DNA of 54,143 nt, the filler included, from Squatina squatina (Eukaryota): NCBI GenBank assembly GCA_031763465.1. It is 3 parts of 3 records of this genome, joined end to end, with 100 filler letters (N's around TTAATTAATTAA, not from the genome) between each part and the next. Parts side by side here need not be neighbours in the genome. Positions count along the whole stretch, not along the records: positions 1 to 29,140 come from JARFOE010000004.1; 2 more parts are not named here. One strand, given 5' to 3'. The notes beneath the pieces are model-generated. The model had not been told where the DNA came from, ran no database searches, and worked only from the letters and a program-made list of their open reading frames with translations. Every line of letters begins with the position of its first letter. Within the stretch, counting starts at the first letter, position 1. Shown here one piece after another: positions 12,494 through 23,639 of the stretch. The position numbers and the translations under genes were made by a program.

Positions 12494-13490
12494 TTGTTCT
12501 TGGCTCACTTTGGAAGGGTGTGTCACCAGGTGAAAACCCAACTATCTGTCTTACTGGTTGCACCGAAGTGCAAGTATCTGAGGTGGTGCATGGGAAGCAT
12601 ACGTCTTGCGACAGTAAACCCTCAGAATGAATCATTTCCTCTGAGGATTCATCATCTGCAACCTCAAGCAACTGCTGCTGCATGCGTGAAGGCCCTGTCA
12701 GAGTTAAGAGGTATGAATTAATACAGGCAATGCAAGGGTCGTGCAACTTTTCATTATGAAGGTGACCCTATTTCAGTCGCTGTTGAAATCAAGTCCACAT
12801 GACTTGAGTGCTGTATGGCATGTGGCTCACTAATATTTAATTGCATCACCAGTTAGCTGGAATGTTCCCATCTCCCCGTCTGCAGCGGCCAGGAATGCCA
12901 AAACTACTAAACTCCAGTGCCTCCTCCTCTGAATTTATGAGCTTTGAAATAGGTGGAGTGCCACCTCCAGTTCTCTCCCTCTCCCTAGTGTTGTGTGTTC
13001 TCTTCTCCTGCAAAGAGGGAACAGACCTAAGAGTGAGTGCAATGGCACGTGTTCACCCAATGGATGGAGTGCATTTCGTGGAGGTGACTATGAGGAAGAG
13101 GCATGAATTTGCATAAGGATGAAGGTAAGTGCCAGTGATGCATGGATAGACGGTGATGTGAGGAAGTGCATAGAAAGAGAAAGATGGGTGGGCGTGCAAA
13201 ATAAGTGGGTGTGAGGAGTGATGTGATAGAGTAGGCTTGACAAGGCAGTGTGAGGGAATAAGGTAATGCACACAGTAGGATGTATGCTTTCAGGTGAATG
13301 TGCAACTGGTTAGGTCATTAAAGCTCTTCCTGCATTGAATCCAGGAGCATGTCACAAAGCTCCTGCTGCTGACCTCCTGGGTCACCTCCAGCCACACCTT
13401 CTTTGGAGCACCAGCAGTTTCCTTCCTCCTATTGCTGGGGAAGAATATCTCTCTCCAACACCTCACACCCCAGCAGTACATCAAGAGAGG
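12494..13490 (-). mobile_element. Decayed Harbinger Myb/SANT-like (MSANTD-type) DNA-binding gene with intron-exon structure
   Basis: REIFFPSNRRK...KKVWLEVTQEVSSRS..CSWIQCRKSFNDL (Myb/SANT trihelix-like) at ~13300-13460. After acceptor CTTTGCAG (13008/9): EKRTHNTRERERTGGGTPPISKLINSEEEALE, the TGGG motif of Harbinger ORF2. A further acceptor CTGACAG (12695/6) precedes an acidic stretch. Confidence 0.75.
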
Positions 13491-13499
13491 CGTCATTAA

Positions 13500-13670
13500 A
13501 ATGAGCCACAGCCTTTGGCTGTCCTGAATCCATTATCAAAGTTCTTCCTCTCTAGCTTCCAAAATTCCAACTATTCCAAATTCCATCTTTGACTTGTCCC
13601 TTTAAACACTCCAGTTGAGATTGTGTCTTGTAGATTCACACCACACCCACTGCTTTGTAATCAATGCCAA
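13500..13670 (-). mobile_element. LINE (L2-like) RT fragment
   Basis: Reverse translation ALITKQWVWCESTRHNLNWSV adjacent to L2-like text; degenerate. Confidence 0.4.
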
Positions 13671-13871
13671 NNNNNNNNNNNNNNNNNNNNNNNNNNNNNN
13701 NNNNNNNNNNNNNNNNNNNNNNNNNNNNNNNNNNNNNNNNNNNNNNNNNNNNNNNNNNNNNNNNNNNNNNCAATCAGATGGAAATGTGCACATTAAATCT
13801 AGGGTGTAAACAGCAACAGCCATTAGAGGGAAATAAAAAAATGCAAAAAGAATGAAAAAAATTTAAGAGCA

Positions 13872-14331
13872 GAGGTTATGCTCTGAAATTGTTGAACTTA
13901 ATGTTGAGTCCGGAAGGCTGTAAAGTGCCTAATCGAAAGATGAAGTGCTATTCCTCGAGCTTGCGTTGAGCTTCATTGGAAGTGTAACAGGCCAAAGACA
14001 GTGGACGATTAGTGACAAGCGACCAGAAGTTCAGGATCACGCTTACGGACTGAACGGAGATGTTCTGCAAAGCAGTCATCCAATCTACATTTGGTCTCCC
14101 CAATGTAGAGGAGACCACAGTGAGCAGCAAATACTGTATACTAAATTGAAAGTACAAGTAAATCACTGTCTTACTTGGAAGGAGTGTTCACGGCCCTGGA
14201 CTGTGGGAAGGATGCAAGAGGGCAGGTTTTGCATCTCCTGTGCTTGCACGGGAAGGGGGGTGTCATGGAGGGAGGGGTCCCTTTGGAATGTTGAATGAGG
14301 GAAAAGATGTTTTTGGTGGTGGAAATGGCAG
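13872..14331 (-). mobile_element. Penelope-like element, GIY-YIG endonuclease end of the ORF
   Basis: FPCKHRRCKTCP, SFQVRQ, VYSICCS.....IGETK-like segment and NEAQRKLEE.H.IFRLGTLQPSGLNI.FNNFR are characteristic of vertebrate Penelope (Poseidon-type) C-termini. Confidence 0.85.
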
Positions 14332-14431
14332 NNNNNNNNNNNNNNNNNNNNNNNNNNNNNNNNNNNNNNNNNNNNNNNNNNNNNNNNNNNNNNNNNNNNN
14401 NNNNNNNNNNNNNNNNNNNNNNNNNNNNNNN

Positions 14432-14789
14432 TGAGGAACACCCCCGCAGCCCCACCTTGCCTGCACGTTCTCTGGTGTGCCGGCACCTTTGACAGTTTTT
14501 TTTTGACTTAGCCTGCTGGCTCTCTTCTCCTTCGCAAGCCTGCGGCCCTTTAAGGCAGGGGGTGGGCCGTGGTTTGCGCATGTGCGGTTGCATGCGTGGT
14601 TCAGCCACGCTGCCGGCGCAACCTGGATGCGTCGCAGCATTGGCCGGGTCACTGCCGGGTCAGTGCCATGGCAACGCTGATTTTGTGTTGGCACGCTACG
14701 CTGGCCCGAGACGCTGCTAAAGGCGTGCACTCCCAGCTGAGGGTCCCCAATGCTGTGGCCCGTTTGGGTGCTGTTTAATTGCGGCCCCC
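14432..14789. mobile_element. GC/CpG-rich non-autonomous DNA element end (Harbinger-like terminus AATTGCGGCCCC)
   Basis: Abrupt GC-rich island ending in ...TTAATTGCGGCCCC, the same GGG(N)nAATT terminal pattern as at 7428, 8140, 11218, 17596 and 52050. Confidence 0.5.
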
Positions 14790-15549
14790 AAGAGTTTCTT
14801 GGCAGGTCCCATTGATGTGTTTTGTTCATGCAATTTCCCATAAATATATATATATTGTCAAAATAGATAAATTGCCAAAATAGATGAAGTGTGATCAGAA
14901 TCGTTGAGGAAAAAACACATTTTGTCTCTCCTCAGGTCGAAGATAATAAAATGTTCTCATCTAAGTAGGAATTTTCTCTTGACCAAGCATGAAGGACACA
15001 ATTTATATTGCAATCTATTAGCCTACGTTTTCCTTTGCTGAGTTCTGCTCGTGTGTGACATTTCCTAAGTATCAAGTAATGTGCAGTGTATTTCTTCCAC
15101 AACATGGAATTCATTTGGAATAGGGCTTCTGCAACTCAAAAGACTGTCACTAAGATTTATTTGGAGGCTCCACCTGCAATCTCTCCTGCAATTTATTTTG
15201 ATGCATTTGGGACACTGTACAAAAAGGATAAATTTGCAGTATTGACAGTTCATGCCTGTGAGTTAATGGGCAGATTTGCATTTTTCTAAGTTTTAACATT
15301 TGGTCTCCTGCACCCAGAAAGACACAAGGCAGGGTTAAATTGGAAAGCCCCCGTAAACAGGCCCCGGGATCACAATGGGCGAGTTACCTGCGTCCGTTCA
15401 CTGCAATGCAGGCAGGACATCAAATTCGTGCTGCTTGTTGTTTTAAGTGATTGCTGCGTGCAGCCAGTGCTCTCCAAGCTGTTCATTAGCTGCATGCATC
15501 AGCAGTGAGCCTGATATTGTGAGTGCCTAACACTACTTAAAGCCACTCT

Positions 15550-16155
15550 GGACTTCTTAACTAGAGAGCAGGCCATCCTAGACTGGGTATTGTGTAATGA
15601 GGAAGGATTAGTTAGCAACCTTGTTGTGCGAGGCCCCTTGGGCAAGAGTGACCATAATATGGTAGAATTCTTCATTAAGATGGAGAGTGACATAGTNNNN
15701 NNNNNNNNNNNNNNNNNNNNNNNNNNNNNNNNNNNNNNNNNNNNNNNNNNNNNNNNNNNNNNNNNNNNNNNNNNNNNNNNNNNNNNNNNNNNNNNNGGCT
15801 GGGTTCACCTGAATAGAGCCAGCACCAATATCCTTGTGGGGAGGTTTGTTAGTTCTGTTAGGGAGGGTTTAAACTAAGTTGGCAGATGGATGGGCACCAG
15901 GAGGTAGCATTAGAAAGGAGCAACTAAGATTACAACTGATTGGGGAGAGATGGATAGCACTAAAGTAAGAAATAGTAAGGTATTAGGTGGGGCCAGACTA
16001 AGAACATAGGATGGTGTAAGATAGGTTTATGTATGATGTATGTATGTAAACACACGAAGCTTTGTAAACAAGGTTGGTGAGCTGCAGGTGCAAATAGCCA
16101 CATGGGAATATGGTGTCGTGGCGAGAATGGAGAACTGGCTCAAAAAGGGGCTGGA
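15550..16155 (+). mobile_element. CR1 LINE fragments (APE region; ORF1 end / ORF2 start)
   Basis: TREQAILDWVLCNEEGLVSNLVVRGPLGKSDHNMVEF; after the gap GWVHLNRASTNILVGRF..SVREGLN (ORF1 esterase end) and MYVNTRSFVNKVGELQVQIATWEYGVVA.MENWLK (ORF2 start). Confidence 0.85.
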
Positions 16156-16925
16156 TTGGGACACAGTGGGGCCAACAGCGAGCTCGGGTCTGGTTGGAAA
16201 CAGCAGGAGAGGAGCAGCAGCGAAGCTCCAGTTCAAAAACAAAAAAAACCTAAGTGACGTCACAGGTAAGCAGGTAGGTGACTGGTGAGTATTTCTTTTC
16301 TCTTGGGACTGTGGGCTAAGTTACAGTGAAGACCTAGAGCATATAACTAAATTTATAATAACTAAACTTAATTTAATTAATTTAATGAATTAAACAACCT
16401 CGATTACCCAGATTAAAAACTATAGATAGACAATTGATTGATGTTGACGTAATTAATTAAATAAAATACAATCGAGACGGCAGGGCAGGTGATATATTGC
16501 AACTGTAGCATGTGGGAGCTGCTGGACACCAGTGTGATCCAGGATGACTTCGGCTCAGAGTTGATGAGCTGGAGTCAGAGCTGCAGACATTAGGATACAT
16601 CAGGCAGGGAGAAAGTTGCCTGGACACTTTGTTCCAGGAGGCAGTCACGCCCCTTAGTTAAATATTTCAGATTTGGCCCGTGGTCAGGGACAGGCGGGTG
16701 TGACTGCGAGTGAGGTAGGTACGGGGATCCAGGAGGTAGCATTGGAGGGGCCTCAGCCCTTGCACTTGTCCCAACAGTTACGAAGTTCTTGCAACCTGTG
16801 TGGACGAGAGCAGGGACTGCAGGGAGGATGAGCAAACTGACCAGGGCGTCATGGTACAAGGGGCCATTCAAGTTGGGGGGAGTAAAAAGCAATGTCATAG
16901 TGGTTGGAGACAGCATATTTAGGGG
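16156..16925 (+). mobile_element. CR1 LINE 5' end (5' UTR and ORF1) inserted into another CR1
   Basis: GC-rich leader, AT-rich spacer, then AGQVIYCNCSMWEL (ORF1 zinc-finger start), LRVDELESELQTL coiled coil and NVIVVGDSI (SGNH esterase GDS motif). Confidence 0.8.
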
Positions 16926-19433
16926 NNNNNNNNNNNNNNNNNNNNNNNNNNNNNNNNNNNNNNNNNNNNNNNNNNNNNNNNNNNNNNNNNNNNNNNNNNN
17001 NNNNNNNNNNNNNNNNNNNNNNNNNATCTTAAGAAGAACAGGGCAAAAGAGTTCAGAGAATCAATATAGTATCAAAAACTGAAAAAGCTAAGTTGGAGCA
17101 AGATAGGTTAGCAGCTGGAGATAAAAGAAGGATCACCTGTCAGATACCAAGCATTTCCTTTTATTCTGTCCTGGGACATGACAGAGATACTGAAAGAGGG
17201 TTTTAGGGAATTAAGAAAACAAAGATTGGCATTAAAGAAGAAATCCAGCTTCTTGGAGGCAGCTTTGGCTAGTTTCAGTCTTTTGCTGCTTCCCCTGTGT
17301 CAAGTGAGCTGTGCAAAGTTTTGACCATAGCACCTGTTGCATCATTTTTGATTTATTTTTACTCTTTGTTGCTTCCTGCTTCCTTCTGAATTTTTAAAAA
17401 CTCCAGCTTTTTGATAAAAATGGCCATTTCATTACTGGCCTTTCTGCATGATTTCACATACGCCTGTGGCAGGCTTCCTCCATGCATGATGGTAGCATGC
17501 TGTGACAGCGACAAGTACTAGCTTGGGCCCGTCTACATTCTGTCCCTCTCAAATTGTTGATGATCACACTTTAAATGTTTTCAAGCATTGTTCATGGGCC
17601 TGAAATTGCGCTCCGTTGCATTGCCTCAGCAGGTGCAGTACAGAGGGAGCAGAAAATCCCGAATTTCATCTCTGCGCCAGCTCTCTGCGCCAGTGCCAGT
17701 TTTTCTGCTGGATCTGTGCCAGAGGTGTAAGAGGCTTGTGTTGCTCTCTGACTAATGCAATGATAATCTCCAGAGGGAAGCAAATTAGAACCAGAGACTG
17801 GCCCAAACATGCAAAGATCCCCTGACTAAATGATTGAGTGAACACCTGAGTGACAGGGTGGTTGTGTGGGTAAATGTGTGGATCACAAACCAGAATACTG
17901 GTTGGACGAATGAGCAGGTGATTGAGGGGCAGCAAAGTGAGTGCGATGCACAGAGAGAGGCAAAAGGTTCCCTTTGAATCAGACACTGCATCGTTTACCG
18001 TGATATGTTTTCATCCCACACTAGAATTCAGAATTTCTAGCTGTGATGAAATCAGGCACAGAGCACTCAACAAGGAAGCCTCGCCTGAAAATCTGCCACG
18101 GTTCACACAAAAGAGCAGAATATTTACATTTTATCACAAAGCCTGCAGCCATGACTCAACAACCTGCAAAATAGCAAAGCACCAATAATCAACTGCAGCT
18201 TTGCAAAAGCTTCCTCCTCAAGCTCAGAGTTAAAAATATAACTAATTATACATCTCATCCAGTATTTAACTATAGCATTCATTTGAAAACAAAATTGTTC
18301 ACACAATATAAATTAGAATTGGTACAGTACAATTATTAGTAAAACACACAATAGTATCATCTCTGGGTATAATTTATCAATGCTCAGCAACATCTTCGGG
18401 TTTAATTTCCTCTGTGTGCTATTTTTAATGTGCTGCATAGTGCACCTGCATAAATTCCTACCTGTGCTATTTTATCGTTACTGGATTTAAATTAAACAGG
18501 TTAACGGCTATATTGAAATAGCACAGATCAGAAGGAGAATGGGAACAAATGAAATAGTGCAAGATTTTTTTTTTTAAATCCTGTGCAAATTTTTTTTTTT
18601 TAATTCTTTTGGCTGCCATACGATTTTCTCATTAAGCTGAGGCTTTACAGCTGAAAATGTGAGAATAATAAAGGCAAAAACAATTATAACAAAATGTTTA
18701 ACCTTAACTATACAGTTGTCTTTTTTGTGTTTCAAATGCCTCTATCCATATTTTCCATTGGTGGTCTGTCTAATCAGGACATAGGCCTGGAACTCGAGTA
18801 CCTAGGGGTTCCCAGAGCCATCATTCTGTCAATAAATTCAAAAAGCTCAAAAAGTAGCAAACTACATNNNNNNNNNNNNNNNNNNNNNNNNNNNNNNNNN
18901 NNNNNNNNNNNNNNNNNNNNNNNNNNNNNNNNNNNNNNNNNNNNNNNNNNNNNNNNNNNNNNNNNNNAATTATAGATAAAATATAAAATGATTAATAGTG
19001 CATTGGTATTTTCTTGAAAACCATCTGCTAAAAGAACTTTATTAGAATTAACTGAAATAATAAAGTTTATTTAAAAAGAAAATCTGCTGTTTATTGTCTA
19101 AATCTTTTTTTCTGCTGAAGTGTCTAATTTGGAAGTTTAAACAGTGAAGAGCATTACCATTGCAAAAAGAATCTATAATTAACTTTAAAAACATTTTCTC
19201 TCTATCATTTTTATTTTGTTTAAACATTGAGAGCTGATTTATATCATCAGGGGAACTTGGTTGGATGAGATACTGGCCAAACAATGTGTGGGAAATGGAT
19301 TAACATCAGTGAGGGTACTGTCATTAATCCTGGGCTAATTCATCATGCTGCCAGGACCATTAACTCCTCTGAGCCAGATCCACTAGTTATATCACTCAAA
19401 TAATAAATTCAAATAATAAACAGGAAAAATAAA

Positions 19434-19620
19434 GAGGGTAATTTTAACCTAACTTGCTCGCTGGGAGACTGACAGGATCAGATATGCCACCTGTTTAACT
19501 CTCCGCCTGAATTTACCTTCCACTAAAGTCAATGGAAAGTAAAACTGACCAGGTGTAAAACTGGTGGCTGATCTAATCCCGTTGATTTCCCGTTAGATAG
19601 GTTAGGATAAAATTACCCCC
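19434..19620. mobile_element. Palindromic MITE (~187 bp)
   Basis: TIRs GGGTAATTTTAACCTAAC and GTTAGGATAAAATTACCC (17/18 match); central TTCCACTAAAGTCAATGGAA palindrome; AAA on both flanks. Confidence 0.75.
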
Positions 19621-19744
19621 AAAATGTCTTTTTTTTTAATGGGCCCTAAGGGCAGCAGTCACACTTTAAAGTAAGGGTCAGGTTCAATTAAAATATAAAA
19701 TAGTGAAATTACATAGCAGTTTGATCAGTATTTGAAAAGAGAAA

Positions 19745-19840
19745 GGAAAGGTTAGCGTTTCAGGTAGTGAACCTTTGTCAGACTCAGTCATGATGTAAAA
19801 GTACTGACAGGCCTGCTGTGCACCTCTAGCAACTTATTTC
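19745..19840 (-). mobile_element. Penelope terminal-repeat remnant with degenerate hammerhead motif
   Basis: Reverse strand reads CTGACAA-AGGT TCACT ACCT-GAAACGCTAAC, the same layout as the motif at 53975-54011. Confidence 0.5.
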
Positions 19841-20765
19841 NNNNNNNNNNNNNNNNNNNNNNNNNNNNNNNNNNNNNNNNNNNNNNNNNNNNNNNNNNNN
19901 NNNNNNNNNNNNNNNNNNNNNNNNNNNNNNNNNNNNNNNNCTATTCATAGTACTATAATCAATTACACATCGAGAAGCCTAGAGTTTTTGCCACAGAGAG
20001 GCAGCTTTCTTTGAGGTTAGCAGTTGCATCGCTGCTGACTGCAAATTATGGACTTATGTTTCACACACATCAGGGATGTCCCTGATTCCACAATCTGTCC
20101 CTCAACTACAATTAAGTATGGTTACTTATTCCAATGGTATTGCTGTCATGAGGGAATCACAAATGGCAACAAATAGAAATACAGCCATTTGGTGATAATT
20201 TAAAGGAAATTAGTGAGTTGTTTTAAATAATATGAATGGACCAGACAAGTAGATGACTGCAATTCCAAAGATATTTAGGATTCCTAAACTAAAGTGGGTG
20301 CCCATAAAGTTTCTTAACCTTTTCATTCTCTCTGAGCACAGATATTTCAATTCTTTGCACACCTTCAACTATAGCAAGAAAGAGTTTGTTAGTGAAATCT
20401 AGATGCATATCCCAGGCACTTAAATTGCTGTTGAAAACATAACAGAAATCTGAGGTACCATGGATTGGATGAAATCTGCGAGCAATCCCACCCTTACATC
20501 TTTCTTCATCTTGGGTCTAACTGTACCATACAAAAAAAAAGTAAAAAGAGAGTAGAACAGAATACTACTCCCGACTCCATGCCAAGACATCATACATATT
20601 AGTCCCCTCACTATATTTAGCCATCAGTTTTCAATTTCTTTACTCATGCAAAAATTATTTCAGTGTTATAAAATTGAGTGGAATAGCAAAAAACTTTAAA
20701 GTACCAAATCTTAACTTCCGAAACAAAGTGTTGGCTCTAATTTCTTCACGGGTCATACTTGAGTA

Positions 20766-21495
20766 CTAGGTTATACAGACTTCATGTGGAGCATACATTG
20801 ATTTCTCCCTATCTGTTTCTGTTACATCAATTGTCATTGGTACCTCCTGCTCTCCTTTAGTGATTGACACCCTCTTAACACAGGAAATGTATGTTGTAAA
20901 ACATCTTGTCCTATTAAGTGGTCATAATCTTTTTGAAGAATAAAATGCTGTAAATCATATATTGGTACCACATGTAAATTGTTCATTGTTAATCAAGTCT
21001 ACCTGGCAACTCATCCAAACCTTTTGATTTGTTTGCAATCTCAGTTACATTTCCTTCAACACACTGTCAGGCCATTCTGGTTGTCTGCTGATTTCATGAA
21101 ACAGACAAAGCTCCTCTAGCACGGCATTAAACTGCTCCTTCATTTCAAAATTTGTAATATCGTTCTTTGAATGTATAAACTGTTTCTTGGATTGTCTCAC
21201 ATCAACATTAAGCACTGTTGATCCTGTAGCTGAATTAATTTGTTCAAAGTAATCATTTCTTCCATGACCAATTGTGCTGTCAGGTCTCTGTATTTGGTGA
21301 TCTAAAGAGTCTTGCGACATTAAGCAAGTAGATGTTTCATACTCACTGGATTCCTTTGTATATGAATCACACATAGTTTTTCTCTGACAAGTTGAAAGGT
21401 CTTGAGTCTTTGTTGTAGTGGAAACAACTTGCTTAAATTCCTGCTTAGGAGTAAAATTCAGTTTAAGAGGTTTTGCATCTTCTTCCAAATTATGT
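20766..21495 (-). pseudogene. RAD51AP2: RAD51AP2-like C-terminal remnant with in-frame stops (probable pseudogene)
   Basis: FEMKEQFNAVLEELCLFHEISR and, in the same frame ~77 codons later, GEQEVP...EKSMY match recalled RAD51AP2 motifs (MK.QFD.V.EEL.MFHEISR; NGEQEVP). In-frame stops at 21045-47, 20955-57 and 20922-24. Head-to-head with VSNL1 as at human 2p24. Confidence 0.65.
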
Positions 21496-21515
21496 CTACA
21501 GACAGCAGGAAAAAC

Positions 21516-21786
21516 TCAGTCACCCCAACATTGGCCCTTCCCTTTAAGCGAGGGACGGAGCCTGTACAGACAGCAGCGCTGCACTGAACCTTGCTCTGCG
21601 CTCTGCCGATGCCACCCCGTCACTCCCTTTAGCGCTCTAAGGGAAGTAGTAGCGCTTGATTTAGCACTCCAGTTCCCTCCTGGAGTGCCAAACCAAAAGA
21701 TTGGGTCCACTGGAATTGGATAGCGCCTGGCGATACTTTCGCGCTTCCACAAAAGATATCGCCTCAAACGGCCAATTTTCCATTCT
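21516..21786. mobile_element. GC-rich non-autonomous DNA element fragment
   Basis: GC/CpG-rich island (TAGCGCC, GCGATA motifs shared with 52050-52140) ending in ...GGCCAATTTTCC; abuts the 5' edge of the RAD51AP2 remnant. Confidence 0.5.
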
Positions 21787-22061
21787 CTAACCAATTGAGT
21801 CAACCTGGCTAAGATCAGCTAACTCAATGTAGACTAACCACCTTCATGGTCTGTATACTCCAGTTCCACACTTGGCAGCGCAGTTACCTATTATAGGAGC
21901 TCACTCATTAGATTAACCATTGAAATATACAGAACAAGGTTTTGGTTTCCTATTTTGAATGATTACAACTAATTATTGCTGACATAAAAACCACTTGCTT
22001 AGAATCACTGAGAAAAGGAGTCAGTATTTTTCCAAAAGCTTGTGTTACTAATCATTCACTT

Positions 22062-22202
22062 AAGAACATAAGAAATAGGAGCAGAAGTAGGTCATTCAGC
22101 CCCTTGAGCCTGCTCCACCATTCAATAAGATCATGGCTATTCTTCTACCTCAACTCTACTTTCCTGCACTATCCCCATGTCCCTTGATTCTCTTAATATC
22201 CA
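22062..22202 (-). mobile_element. CR1 LINE 3' terminus
   Basis: AAGAACATAAGAAATAGGAGCAGAAGTAGGTCATTCAGCCCCTTGAGCCTGCTCCACCATTCAATAAGATCATGGCT, the reverse of the 3' tail at 27240-27320. Confidence 0.85.
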
Positions 22203-23639
22203 TGTAGTACTCCAACTGGAATATTTACCATGTCTGTTTAACTTGTGAAAAGTTTGAAATTAATTTTACTGCTCATGAATAGTGCTGCTATTGTTTTGTA
22301 AGTAAATACACTTCAATTTTTTAAAAAATACTCATTAAAAGGCCCACTAAAATTCTAAGCTGAATTTTTAAGATAAATATACCTAACTGAAAATAAATTA
22401 TCAAAGTGGAGGAACGATAATGTATAATATTTACCGGCCATATGATTTCTGGCTATCAACTACAAATTATTTCTTGGTGAACTTGTCACAGTCCTGAATA
22501 TTCAGTGTGGACACAATGGCCCTGAGATTTACGGGGAACAGGGGAGGGAGCGGGGGAAGAGGGGGTCGGAGCAGCCGGAGAAACTGGAAATGCGAGTGAG
22601 GCGAAAGTCCTGCCAAATTTAACAGCANNNNNNNNNNNNNNNNNNNNNNNNNNNNNNNNNNNNNNNNNNNNNNNNNNNNNNNNNNNNNNNNNNNNNNNNN
22701 NNNNNNNNNNNNNNNNNNNNNNNNNNNCTTAATTGCAAATGTGTTATTGTAAAATGTATTTTAAGTGTTTCAGACCCCAAAAGCTAACTCTTGGTGCTCT
22801 ATGCCGATTTTGAAACACGATGTACAAGCCGAAAGCATGCCAGCACCAAATGAGAGAATAAGCAGCTTCTTCACTGTATTTGTAAATATTGTTGTTTTCA
22901 ACCTTGCTGATTCCTAATTTACTAAATAGCGATTTGAAAGCTGAATTGTTTGGATTTTGGAAATGAAATATCTTAATTGCATCGTCATCTTTCATTAATT
23001 CCGCGACGGCATACATACTTTCATTGAGTATGTATGTTATGTAAACCACAAATTTAATGTAGGATCATTTCAATGTNNNNNNNNNNTAACAACAACAATA
23101 TTCTTCCTCATAGCCCAGGCACCGTGAGCAACACGATATACGTGATCGGAATGTTCTATTGTTCGGCAACATACCGACAGAGTATGTTTACTTTGAATTA
23201 GCACTTTTCCATTGAATATATGAGCACTGTAACCCGCAATTATTTGGACCTCTAAATGATACTTTAAAAACAAACACATCGTATTTTAAGAACGTGAACG
23301 AGTGCCCTCTCCCCAAGTCGCCTGAAACAGTGAAAAATATCAGTTTTGCATTTTCTTGACGTTTCTTGTTTTGCCATTACTGTACTATCAAAAATAAGAG
23401 AACATCCGTAAATATTTGTATTTTGTTACACGAATTTTTTTTGAACACTGAAGGTCAAGAAATTGATGCAGCTGTCATATGAATGCAATTGTACATTAAC
23501 ACAATAGTAGAGTCCAAATGTAGTAGGTTGGATCTTGTATCATGAATACCGTAAAAGCATTCTTTTTTAAGGGAACTGTTGTGATATCAGAATTTTAACA
23601 TGCTTCCGTTTTCTTGCATCTGGCAGTGAACATTTGTCA

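Noticed and set aside
14263-14841. 192-aa and overlapping ORFs
   Set aside because: They span an N gap and join Penelope sequence to a GC-rich transposon end; no coherent protein
20290-20517. Open frame TQDEERCKGGIARRFHP... after a TTAG acceptor as a downstream RAD51AP2 exon
   Set aside because: Only faint resemblance to the GISRV.PL motif and no IR.GLS motif; cannot be supported without alignment
22744-23049. 101-aa minus-strand ORF upstream of the RAD51AP2 remnant
   Set aside because: No recognisable homology or splice context; probably promoter-proximal non-coding DNA
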